A DNA stretch of 22,579 nucleotides, from positions 1-22,579 of the forward strand of contig WALU01000021.1 of the NCBI GenBank assembly GCA_015522685.1, given 5' to 3'. Source of the stretch: Thermoproteota archaeon (GTDB lineage: Archaea; Korarchaeota; Korarchaeia; Korarchaeales; Korarchaeaceae). The notes under the pieces are model-generated. The model worked only from the letters and a program-made list of their open reading frames with translations, had not been told where the DNA came from and made no database searches. This document shows, piece by piece, positions 1-9,025 of this stretch. The translations under genes were made by a program, and so were the position numbers. The stretch's first letter is position 1, and each line of letters starts with the position of its first letter.

Positions 1-103
1 GGAGTAGGATATACATTTAATGAGCTTTTATATATTATTTTTTTTGTATATAACAGCAATTATGTATCTATATATAATAAAGTTAACGGGAGGTCAGTAA
101 ACA

Positions 104-142
104 TTTATTAATAAACAAGGATATATTAAATTGAGGAGGTGA
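104..142 (+). promoter_or_regulatory. TATA-like palindrome TTTATTAATAAA (104-115) and Shine-Dalgarno GGAGGTGA (135-142) for the wHTH gene
   Basis: Both elements read directly from the sequence. The SD ends 4 nt before the GTG at 147, and the flank is AT-rich. Confidence 0.55.
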
Positions 143-146
143 GTGT

Positions 147-395
147 GTGGTATTATTGAAGTCTCATGTTCGAATTTTAAGGGAACTAATGAGAAGAGAA
201 GAGAAGGGCATGACTGCAAGTAAGCTTATTGCGAAGAGAGAGTATAGGGTTAAAGTCATAAGGTACTTGGAAAGCGAAGGCCTAGTCAGGGTAACTTATA
301 GCGGTGGCGGAATGCGAGTTTATGCAACAGATAGAGCTAAAAGGCTTCTTGAGAGAATAAAGAAGGAAAAACCAGAACTTTTAGTCAATAGTTAG
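147..395 (+). CDS. Small winged helix-turn-helix DNA-binding protein
   Basis: 82 aa, basic. The pattern 'ILREL...MTASKLI...VIRYLESEGLVRV...RVYATDRAKRLL' matches a wHTH helix-wing architecture. Strong SD upstream. Confidence 0.75.
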   Translation: MVLLKSHVRILRELMRREEKGMTASKLIAKREYRVKVIRYLESEGLVRVTYSGGGMRVYATDRAKRLLERIKKEKPELLVNS

Positions 396-983
396 ATCCT
401 TTAAGCTTTCTATGTATATATCTGCTCCTTCTACCTTCCTTCTTACGCATATGGTAAGGCATCCTAGCTCTCTACCTGCTTTTACATCCCAAGGTGCGTC
501 TCCAACGAATATGCATTCAACTGGTATGGCATTCAACTTTTTCATGGCAAATTCTAACTGCTCTTTCCTATCTAATGAATATTCTCTAGTTACGATTATA
601 TCGAATAGATCTACGACACCTAGGTGATCCAAAGCCTTAGTTGCCGGCTTTTTCGCTTGGAGGGTGACTAACCCTATTCTCAAACCTGCCTTTTCTATTT
701 TACTTAAGGTATGCCTTAAGGACAGATTGAAGCTAGCTCTCTCGGCTGCCTCTAGCTCAACCCTTTCAACTATTGAAAAGGCTTTCTCAATTTCTTCCTC
801 ATTTCTAGCGGCCTTTGGAATACTCATCCCTAATGGACGGAGAGGATGATCCCAATCCATTTCCTTTCTTACTTTTTCCCTCAAGGAATCCCAATCAATC
901 TCCAAATTTGTGAGAGTTCCATCTAAATCTGTTATTAATGTTTTCTTATCCTGAAGAAGTTTATTGAACCGCACTCCTTGCAT
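381..983 (-). CDS. HAD-superfamily hydrolase (phosphoglycolate phosphatase-like)
   Basis: Motif I DLDGTL, motif II LVT, motif III K (DRKEQL), motif IV VGDAPWD. Start moved from 1076 to the ATG at 983 (GGAG 10 nt upstream) because the extension lies inside topA. Exact start uncertain. Confidence 0.85.
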   Translation of the reverse strand: MQGVRFNKLLQDKKTLITDLDGTLTNLEIDWDSLREKVRKEMDWDHPLRPLGMSIPKAARNEEEIEKAFSIVERVELEAAERASFNLSLRHTLSKIEKAGLRIGLVTLQAKKPATKALDHLGVVDLFDIIVTREYSLDRKEQLEFAMKKLNAIPVECIFVGDAPWDVKAGRELGCLTICVRRKVEGADIYIESLKDLTID

Positions 984-3091
984 TGAAGATAAACTCCATA
1001 CTTTCCCTTCTTCGGAATCATCACTCCTCCACATTTCGCGCACCTTACTGGACTCTCCTCGCAATTTCCTAAGCACCTCTTATACCTAAGTATTCTGTTG
1101 CTCTTTGTCTTAATCTTACCTTCAACGAGAGGCAATCCACATTTGCAATTCTCCTTGAGTATTCTCTCCCTTGGAAGCAAGCTATATTTTATATCGCATT
1201 CATCTGGATATCCCGAACATATAACGAAGTATCCATATTTACTTTTCTTCAATAGAAGATCTCTGCCACACTTGGGACATTTTCCCACAACGTTTTGAGA
1301 TATTCTATATTCTTGGATAGCTTTTGATAGTTTCTCTGATATAAATCCTTCCTTTTCCTTAAAATCTTTCATTATCCTTCTCAACTTAGATAATGCATCG
1401 TTCAGAAACTTTTTATGGTCAAGTTTGCCTCTCTCTATACTACTCATAGCTTCTTCGAGTTTGGAAGTCAACTCTGGGCTTGTAAGCTCCGGTACATATT
1501 CCTCAAGGACTTCCGCTACAGCTTCCCCAAGAGATGTTGGCTTGAAGCTATTGCCCTCAACGTATCCCCTTTCCTTTAATATATCGAGTATCTGAACTCT
1601 AGTATTCTTCGTTCCAAGGCCTAGCTTCTCCATTTCCTTAATTATAGAGACAGGGGTATATCTCTTAGGGGGTTGAGTCTCTTTCTCCTCTATCTTAACA
1701 TCCACACACCTAACTTCATCTCCATTTTTCACAGGAGGCATAGAAAAGTTCTTTCTCGAGTAAGGATAAACTCTTAGCCACCCTTCTTCAATCAAAGAAG
1801 CTCCACTAGATCTAAACTTAAAGGAATCAGCATCTATCTCAGTCGAAATTCTCTTAATTATGGCATCTGGTGAAAGAGTAGCTAAATTCCTCCTGGCTAT
1901 TATCTCATAAACTCTCTGGTGGCTTCTATTCTCCAACTTATCTGGAGTTCCCACCACATGTATCGTGGGATGAGCTGGATCATCCTTCTTCCCCTCAATG
2001 GGCTTATTTCTTATGTTTTGGATTACAAAATTGGCATCATTCTTGAGCGGAGAGTACTTCCCTATTGTTTCCACCATCTCTATAAAATCTTTCTTCCTCC
2101 AGTTCTTTGGATATTTCTGACTTTCGGTCCCTATGTAACTTATTAGACCAGCTTCATACAACTGCTGGGCTATACCAGTAGACCTATTAGCTATCTGCTT
2201 GGGAGTGAGGCCAGTTATTCTGCTAACTTCTATCTGCATAGAAGTTCCATCGAATGGTGGAGGCGGCTTAAGGCTGACCTTTCTCGACCTAACCTTGACC
2301 TTGAACGATTTGCCCATAACTGCCTGAGAAGCCGATTCTGCATATTCTCTCTTCCATATCTTATCCTCTCCCTTAGGAGGGGAAAGCTTCATCTCAAACT
2401 TTCCTCTATCACCTTCCATTGCTGCAGTTACCATGTAATATTTACGAGGGGTGAAGTTCCTTATTCCCCGCTCTCTTTTCACTATCAAGGAGAGGGTAGG
2501 CCCTTGAACTCTACCAGAGCTCAGGATTTTCACCCATCTCTTCTTTCTAGTACTTAGTGTGAGCCCTCTAGAGACATTAGCGCCCCATTGTAGATCGAGA
2601 ACCCTTCTGGACCATCCGGCATTGGCCCTAGAGTAATCAAAAGGCTTGAGATTCCTGAAGGCTTCTCTTATCTCTTCAGTATTCAGCGATGAGAACTCCA
2701 TCCTGTAGATCTTCTTATCCCTCTCCCAACCCAAAGCTTTCATTATTTCTAGTGCTATGGAACTCCCTTCAGCATCCAGATCTGTAGCTACTATGACTCT
2801 ATCAGCCTTTCTCCCTAACTTCTCTATTATCCTCAGAAATTGCTTTTTGCTCTCTATACTCCTTAATACAAGCTCATCTGGAGGTATTATGAGTGGATAG
2901 ATCCACTTACCTTCTGGATAATCTAGCTCCAAGAGGTGACCAGCTGCGGGAGCTACCATATATTCCTCGCCATTTAGTTCGAATGTATAGTAGGACAATC
3001 GACCTATCTTCCTCTGCTTGGTGCTTTTTGATAGAATAGAGGCTATTCTCTTAGCAACCTTCGGTTTTTCAGTGAGTATTAGAGTAGTCAT
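935..3091 (-). CDS. topA: DNA topoisomerase type IA (archaeal TopA/Topo III) with C-terminal zinc ribbons
   Basis: TEKP, GHL, TOPRIM DLDAEG, SSGRVQGPTL, LYEAGLISY (catalytic Tyr319), AHPTIH, GLGTKNTR, and CxxC zinc ribbons (CPKCG, CKCG, CAKCG, CKECG). The Arg two residues after the Tyr is Gly. Confidence 0.95.
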   Translation of the reverse strand: MTTLILTEKPKVAKRIASILSKSTKQRKIGRLSYYTFELNGEEYMVAPAAGHLLELDYPEGKWIYPLIIPPDELVLRSIESKKQFLRIIEKLGRKADRVIVATDLDAEGSSIALEIMKALGWERDKKIYRMEFSSLNTEEIREAFRNLKPFDYSRANAGWSRRVLDLQWGANVSRGLTLSTRKKRWVKILSSGRVQGPTLSLIVKRERGIRNFTPRKYYMVTAAMEGDRGKFEMKLSPPKGEDKIWKREYAESASQAVMGKSFKVKVRSRKVSLKPPPPFDGTSMQIEVSRITGLTPKQIANRSTGIAQQLYEAGLISYIGTESQKYPKNWRKKDFIEMVETIGKYSPLKNDANFVIQNIRNKPIEGKKDDPAHPTIHVVGTPDKLENRSHQRVYEIIARRNLATLSPDAIIKRISTEIDADSFKFRSSGASLIEEGWLRVYPYSRKNFSMPPVKNGDEVRCVDVKIEEKETQPPKRYTPVSIIKEMEKLGLGTKNTRVQILDILKERGYVEGNSFKPTSLGEAVAEVLEEYVPELTSPELTSKLEEAMSSIERGKLDHKKFLNDALSKLRRIMKDFKEKEGFISEKLSKAIQEYRISQNVVGKCPKCGRDLLLKKSKYGYFVICSGYPDECDIKYSLLPRERILKENCKCGLPLVEGKIKTKSNRILRYKRCLGNCEESPVRCAKCGGVMIPKKGKYGVYLQCKECGSINFFRIRKH

Positions 3092-3190
3092 ACAATAACA
3101 CCCCTTACACCCATAGAAAGGAATTACAAACGTAATACATTCATACTCTCTCCAATATATGGATGTTTTGGTTAATATAGAAGGAGCTTC

Positions 3191-6100
3191 ATGGAAGACA
3201 AATTCCTAATCCTACTGATGATAACACTCATTTTACCTATTCAGTTCTCTCTAGCTAGTACTCCTTCGAGAACACTCGTAGTTCATACAGGGACTGCTTG
3301 TACAACAGGAGACCTATACTTCCAATTGCCTAGTGAAGCCTTATCCTCCGCAAGTCCTGGAGACAGGATAATAATATGCCCTGGCATCTATCACGACAAC
3401 CTAAAGGTGGAGGTTAGCAACATAGTGATCGAGGGATTCGGCAATCCTTCCGACGTGAAGATAGAGGCCTTAAATAATACCCAGCATGCTATTGAGCTTA
3501 GAAATGTTAGAAAAGTAACTGTCAAAAATATCACGGTTTCTGGAGCATTAGGATCACAAATAGCCGGGATTTACGCTCAACTATCCTCAGAGAGCATTAT
3601 AAAGAATGTAAGAGCAATAGATAACTACTTTGGTATAGACATCGTGTCGAGCTCCAGTATGACCTTGGAAAACGTGAACACAGTGAACAATACAAATGTC
3701 GGAATCAACCTTGAGGGCGCAGTCATCTCTAGTCTCTATAACTCCACATCTGAAGGTAACAGGATAGGATTACTCTTTCTCTTCTCAAATAGCCTTCAGA
3801 TAGATAAAGTTAATGCCACAGATAACTCAGAAGGGGGATTTCTGCTCAAATATTCGACTAATAATACACTTTCTCACTTGATAGCTGGTCAAAATGGTTG
3901 GTATGGCTTCTACTTCCAGGATTCTGATGGAAATGAGTTGTCGGAATCTTCCGCTACGAATAATACAGCTTCTGGAAGCGATGGATATGGACTCTATCTA
4001 TACCTAAAGTCGGAGAATAATGATATTCATAACCTGAATGTCAGTTATAATGTCTATGGAATAACTCTCGCCTCTGCCTCATCTAGAAATAAAATAGCAA
4101 GCTCTATCTCAACGAATAACACAGTTGCGGGTATATACATAGAGAACAGTGATAGAAATTCAGTCAATGCTCACATAAAAGGTAGTATGTATGGAGTATG
4201 GATTCAAGATGGCAGCGAGAACGAGGTCGGAGGTGAGATAGAGGGATGCAGGTGGGGAGTCTTCATATCTGGATTGAGCAAATCATCAAACAATACTATA
4301 AGGAAAGCGAAGATACACGATAATACTTATTCTGGTATAGTGATTAAAGGGAATAGATCTAAAGGCAATGTAATTACTAAAATTTCTTCCTATAATAATA
4401 CCCTACTAGGCATAGATCTCGCTGGTAACTATGTAACACCGAACGATGGAGCTTTAAGCAACGGACCGAATGATCTAATGGACTATCCTATCATAAAATG
4501 GGCTGCTGTTTATGGGGATAAGATGATAGTAAGGGGCTATATAAATAAGGAGGGCAATGAAACGGAGAATAGAATCTTTGATAATGTAACTGTCGAGATA
4601 TATCAGTCTGATAATGACAGAAGTGGATATGGAGAAGGTATGCGCTATCTAGGCAGCCTTGAATCCAGAAATGGAGAATTTCTCGGATGGATAAATCTTT
4701 CACCTGATCTTTCCTGGCATAGCATAAATATAACAGGAACGGCAACACTTCTACCGCACGGCACTTCTGAATTCGGTCCGACAATAACAGCCCCTACTGT
4801 AAGTACGAACCTCACTATATCTAAGTCAATTAATCCCTCAACCGTTCTACCTAATTCCACAGCAGAGGTCCTACTTCTGCTTAGAAATTATGGTAATGGA
4901 ACTGCTTATAATGTTACAGTGATAGATGAGCTTCCTGATGGGATGAAGTATGATAATGAGACCTCTAAAATCAATGGAAATCCTATAGAACCTAAGATCG
5001 AAGGGAACAATTTAACATGGGTGGTGAGCATTCCTTCACATTCAGAGGTTAAGATAAGATTTAATGTGACGATAACAGCGTCTCCTGGATCTACTCTAAA
5101 AAATGCAGTTGTCTTCGAGGGAAATGATGGGGCTGGAAATGACATTGACGATGTCAACGTAATAGCACCTCCTATAATAAACGCTGTGAAGGAAGCGAGT
5201 CCTGAGGTCGTAGATGTAAATGGTTTAGTTCAATACAAGATCACTCTCTCTAATACTGGAGGTTTACGCGCTCTCCTCGTAATCGAGGATAGAGTGCCTA
5301 GCGGGATGGAATATGTGAATTCTAGTCTAACTTCAAATGCTAGTATATCCGGGCCAAAGATTTCTGGAAATAAGATCAGATACAATCTATCTCTAGATCC
5401 AGGAAAGAAGATATTCATCTCTTATTCGCTTAAGGCGCTTACTGAGGGTAAGAAAGAGAATAAGCTTTATCTTAACGGGAGTTTTACAGCATCAGCCTCA
5501 GTCCTAGTGAGAGATCCTCCCTCAGATAGCTCTGGTGGGTCATCAGATAGATCAGAGCATAGCTACTCATCATCGGGCACTCGTTATGGAGGAGGGACTC
5601 CTCCTCCATGTAGATGGTTCTTCTATAACTCAAGAAATAAAAATAACGCGGCTAGAAGCGAGGAAAATGAAGTAAAGAGCTATAGAATGAGCCATCCACC
5701 AATAGTTCTCGTTTCCTTAGGACCTTCAAGTGTTAAAGCGGAGCAAGGATCTCCTAGACAGAGCACTAGGACTAAGACTAGCGGTAACTCTATGGGCCCT
5801 TCAGAAACTTATAAGGAAAATAAAGGAATCTCTATGATAGTAGTTGACATAGCAGCTACTCCCACACAAGCGGAAACTGATACTACGATATCGTTCATCG
5901 TGAAGGTAAGTAACATAGGAGATGGCGCAAAAGATAATCTTTCCCTGATAGTAGATCTATCTAATGGACTTGATTATATTAGAGGTAGCTCTATGATTGG
6001 TGGGATTGCTAGAGAGCCGGATAATAATAACAACAAGCTGAACTGGAATATAGGGACTCTTTATTCAGGTAAGGCCGTTGAGGTAAGCTTTAGGGCTAAA

Positions 6101-7066
6101 CTACTGGCTACATCAGGTCAATTCAATGTGAAGGCGATAGCAGCCTCTTCATCTGACTCAGTAATAGTCTCTGTTAAACCTAAAACCAAACCCGTGGTGC
6201 AATCACCTCCACCTCCGCCTCCAGCGGTAGTTAATTTGAAAGCATCTTCAATAACCTCAGGTAGCGAGGTCCTTATACGCATATCTTTAACAAGCCCCAC
6301 GGGAGCTAAAGGAGTTAAGGTGCTTACCACATTGAATAACCTGACCTATTTGGATGGAAGCGCTATGATAGGAAGCTTGCCTGCAGACACAGAGGTTAAT
6401 GGAAATACTCTCAGGTGGGTCATTAGCATATCGAAGGAGGGCTCTGCTGCAATAAGCTTCAAGGCGAGGCAATCCAATGAGGAGATGAATGGAGGAGCTG
6501 CGAGGATATACCTACCAGAATTTGGTAAATCTGCTGAGATAAGAGCATCCTTTGAGCCCAAGCAGAGGGGTGTAGTACCACCACCGTTCAATATAGAGCT
6601 TCCATCTCTATCATCAATGCCTTGGTGGTTGATACTTCTACTCTCGGCTGCCATCCCTACGTTTTTCACATATAGAAGGAAGAGAGAAAAGAGAAGAATA
6701 GTAATAGATTATAGAGCATTAAAGTGGGCAGTTAGAAGGGGGCTATTAGATGAGTTGATACAGGAATACAAGATCCTAATCTCAACTGAGACGTTCAATA
6801 AAGTGAGCAAGGATAGCGATCTAATGCCCATAATCGAGAGAGATATAATGAATAACTTTATCATCGTGAAAAAAGCTCCAAAAAGGAAAATAATGGTAGG
6901 AGAGGTAGAGAAAGATCTTACCTCAGCCCTTGGATTAGCTGATAAGGAAAAACTACCGGTATATATAGGAGAAGAATATTTATTAAAAGATCTAAAGAAA
7001 AGAGGATTCAATATTAAGCTAATCAGAGAAGCTCCTCCCCCTATAGCTAGAACAAACCTGCCTTAG
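3191..7066 (+). CDS. Large cell-surface glycoprotein: signal peptide, NosD/CASH-type beta-helix, four DUF11-like domains, TM anchor, cytoplasmic PIN-like domain
   Basis: Hydrophobic N-terminus, repeated 'N..GI.l..s..N.i' beta-helix coils, many N-x-S/T sequons, DUF11-like starts (LTISKS...N.G...VTVIDELPDG; AVKEA...NTG...EDRVPSG), Ser-rich and poly-Pro linkers, TM segment PWWLILLLSAAIPTFFTY followed by RRKREKRR, then about 120 further residues. Confidence 0.85.
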   Translation: MEDKFLILLMITLILPIQFSLASTPSRTLVVHTGTACTTGDLYFQLPSEALSSASPGDRIIICPGIYHDNLKVEVSNIVIEGFGNPSDVKIEALNNTQHAIELRNVRKVTVKNITVSGALGSQIAGIYAQLSSESIIKNVRAIDNYFGIDIVSSSSMTLENVNTVNNTNVGINLEGAVISSLYNSTSEGNRIGLLFLFSNSLQIDKVNATDNSEGGFLLKYSTNNTLSHLIAGQNGWYGFYFQDSDGNELSESSATNNTASGSDGYGLYLYLKSENNDIHNLNVSYNVYGITLASASSRNKIASSISTNNTVAGIYIENSDRNSVNAHIKGSMYGVWIQDGSENEVGGEIEGCRWGVFISGLSKSSNNTIRKAKIHDNTYSGIVIKGNRSKGNVITKISSYNNTLLGIDLAGNYVTPNDGALSNGPNDLMDYPIIKWAAVYGDKMIVRGYINKEGNETENRIFDNVTVEIYQSDNDRSGYGEGMRYLGSLESRNGEFLGWINLSPDLSWHSINITGTATLLPHGTSEFGPTITAPTVSTNLTISKSINPSTVLPNSTAEVLLLLRNYGNGTAYNVTVIDELPDGMKYDNETSKINGNPIEPKIEGNNLTWVVSIPSHSEVKIRFNVTITASPGSTLKNAVVFEGNDGAGNDIDDVNVIAPPIINAVKEASPEVVDVNGLVQYKITLSNTGGLRALLVIEDRVPSGMEYVNSSLTSNASISGPKISGNKIRYNLSLDPGKKIFISYSLKALTEGKKENKLYLNGSFTASASVLVRDPPSDSSGGSSDRSEHSYSSSGTRYGGGTPPPCRWFFYNSRNKNNAARSEENEVKSYRMSHPPIVLVSLGPSSVKAEQGSPRQSTRTKTSGNSMGPSETYKENKGISMIVVDIAATPTQAETDTTISFIVKVSNIGDGAKDNLSLIVDLSNGLDYIRGSSMIGGIAREPDNNNNKLNWNIGTLYSGKAVEVSFRAKLLATSGQFNVKAIAASSSDSVIVSVKPKTKPVVQSPPPPPPAVVNLKASSITSGSEVLIRISLTSPTGAKGVKVLTTLNNLTYLDGSAMIGSLPADTEVNGNTLRWVISISKEGSAAISFKARQSNEEMNGGAARIYLPEFGKSAEIRASFEPKQRGVVPPPFNIELPSLSSMPWWLILLLSAAIPTFFTYRRKREKRRIVIDYRALKWAVRRGLLDELIQEYKILISTETFNKVSKDSDLMPIIERDIMNNFIIVKKAPKRKIMVGEVEKDLTSALGLADKEKLPVYIGEEYLLKDLKKRGFNIKLIREAPPPIARTNLP

Positions 7067-7082
7067 TATTCCTTATTCATCT

Positions 7083-8717
7083 TTATTCCATCTTTAACTC
7101 ATCTTTAAGTCTCATCTTTTCATCCTTGAATATCCTTAGATCCATTATGTCTAACTTGTCCGAAATTACCGGCTTGAATTCCATCTTGGCTAGTATATCC
7201 TTATCCAAGTCAACACCAGGTGCTATCTCTTCAAGAATCAAACCATCTCGTGTTAGACTGAAAACAGCTCTCTCCGTGATATACTTAATTTCTTTTCCCA
7301 TTTCTAAGGCGACTGACCCATTGAAAATTATCTTGTATACTTTATCTACGAACTTGGTTATGGGGCCATCTTCTTCTATGAGAAGTTTCCCATCACTCAC
7401 TTTAATCTTTTTCTTACCGGCTGTGAAGCCCCCACCGAAGAATACTCTAGGAGATCCAGCAGCAATTACAGGGAATCCACCGGGACCTGGTATCCTACTG
7501 AGGAGCATAGAGGAATTAATATTTCCCTTCTTGTCTATTTGCATGAATCCTAATGATGCTGCATCGATTATACCTCCCTCATAATTTGTGAACATATCTG
7601 GCATGGGTATTATAGCAAAAGGCCCTATTGAAATACCAAAGTCCTCACCCATGAGAGCCAGCCCACCCCATGGCCCCGATTCTATTGTTGTAATTATAAA
7701 ATCTGATATTTCCTCCTCAGCAGCTATATTGGTGACCATGGTTGGTATTCCTATACCCAAGTTAACGAGAATTGGTCCTTCCTTTTCTTTAACAAGCCTA
7801 ACCATCTCTAGGGCAATTCTCCTAGCAATTATCTTTCTATCACCGAGCTTTATCTTAGGGAGAAGGCTGGGAGTTATCGGGGGTATTATCCTTCCACTTA
7901 TTCTTGGGTCGAACATTATGGTTCCACCCTGCCACTGGTATTGTGAAGGAGCTATTACCAAGTAATCAACTAATGGACCAGGAACGTGGACGCTTTTCGG
8001 GTTTAACGAGCCAAATCTAGCTTCCCTTTCTACTTGAGCTATTACGATGCCTGGATTAGGTCTTGCCTTGGAAGCCTGAGCTATAGCAAGCACAGTCCCA
8101 TATATCCCCTCCTTATCCATCGTGATATTACCCATCTCATCTGCAGTGGTCCCTCTTATGAAGGAAATGTTGGGCTTGGGTGCCTCATAGAAAAGGTATT
8201 CTCTTCCTGCTATTTCTATTAAAGATGTTTTACAGGTTCTTCTCTCTTTTGCGAGGTTATTTACAGCTCCCCCATCTTGCCTGGGATCTAGGAATGTACC
8301 CCTCCCTATGTATGTTATTAGCCCAGGCCTGCCCGATGCTATCTCCCTAAACCAATAAGCAGCCATCCCTATAGACCAAGAATAAAGTTCTATTCTATTT
8401 TTCATAGTCAGCTTCTGAATCCAAGGGGCCCATCCGATGAATGGAAGGAGCATACCTCTAATGAGTTCCTGATCTTTCTCCTCATATAACCTTCTAGCTA
8501 CAAAATCTAGCGCCCTGTTTGGAGTGGCGGGGAGAGTATCTGATATTATAAAGAGGTTCTTAGGGTGGCCTGTGTCTCTATATCTCTCCCAAAGCTTCAT
8601 TATTAGATACTCTGGAGTTGTAGCCATGTTAAAACCTGAAATAGCTAGAACAGAGTTATCTTGTATTCTAGAGAGAGCATAATTGACCTCAACGAACTTG
8701 TTATAAGGAAGGGGCAT
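7083..8717 (-). CDS. Acyl-CoA:acetate/3-ketoacid CoA transferase (fused family I, Pct/YdiF-like)
   Basis: ISGF, GTFLDPRQDGG, RGTTADEMGNIT, VNLGIGIP, catalytic ESG motif, GPGGF, YITERAVF, EIAPGVD. Confidence 0.92.
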   Translation of the reverse strand: MPLPYNKFVEVNYALSRIQDNSVLAISGFNMATTPEYLIMKLWERYRDTGHPKNLFIISDTLPATPNRALDFVARRLYEEKDQELIRGMLLPFIGWAPWIQKLTMKNRIELYSWSIGMAAYWFREIASGRPGLITYIGRGTFLDPRQDGGAVNNLAKERRTCKTSLIEIAGREYLFYEAPKPNISFIRGTTADEMGNITMDKEGIYGTVLAIAQASKARPNPGIVIAQVEREARFGSLNPKSVHVPGPLVDYLVIAPSQYQWQGGTIMFDPRISGRIIPPITPSLLPKIKLGDRKIIARRIALEMVRLVKEKEGPILVNLGIGIPTMVTNIAAEEEISDFIITTIESGPWGGLALMGEDFGISIGPFAIIPMPDMFTNYEGGIIDAASLGFMQIDKKGNINSSMLLSRIPGPGGFPVIAAGSPRVFFGGGFTAGKKKIKVSDGKLLIEEDGPITKFVDKVYKIIFNGSVALEMGKEIKYITERAVFSLTRDGLILEEIAPGVDLDKDILAKMEFKPVISDKLDIMDLRIFKDEKMRLKDELKME

Positions 8718-8782
8718 TAAAACATCACTATATTATACTATTCTATATTCAAAATTAAATCAATTTAGCTAGCTCTAAAAAT

Positions 8783-8980
8783 GCAAGGATAAAGAGAAAG
8801 GCATGTAGTCTTGGTTTTGTATATTACTACTAGAGCTAATGAAGTGAAATTGGCTACAAAAGGCAATATTGATGGATTTATATCTTACCTAAACGGTAAT
8901 AGTTAATGAAGGCATGTGCATGTCAATGGACCATGATCATATACATCAGATGTAAGGGTATAACTTTGGAAGGAAAGTAG
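8783..8980 (+). pseudogene. Possible decayed 2x[4Fe-4S] ferredoxin remnant
   Basis: Fragments across frames: ARIKRKACS(L)-GF/CI, TRA, TVIVNEGMCMS, GP, RCKGITLEGK*. These resemble two CxxCxxCxxxC(P) units broken by frameshifts. Recognised by eye only. Confidence 0.3.
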
Positions 8981-8994
8981 GTCACTTCACTAAC

Positions 8995-9006
8995 TCTTAA
9001 TTAAGA
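8995..9006 (+). promoter_or_regulatory. TATA-like palindrome TCTTAATTAAGA upstream of the methyltransferase
   Basis: Perfect 12-bp palindrome with its TTAATTAA core 22-29 nt upstream of the GTG at 9026, and no SD. This fits a leaderless archaeal promoter. Confidence 0.45.
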
Positions 9007-9025
9007 TAAACTTCTATATTACCGG

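Noticed and set aside
984-1076. N-terminal extension of the HAD ORF given in the ORF track
   Set aside because: It lies within the zinc-ribbon coding end of topA and has no HAD similarity; motif I begins about 15 aa after the ATG at 983.
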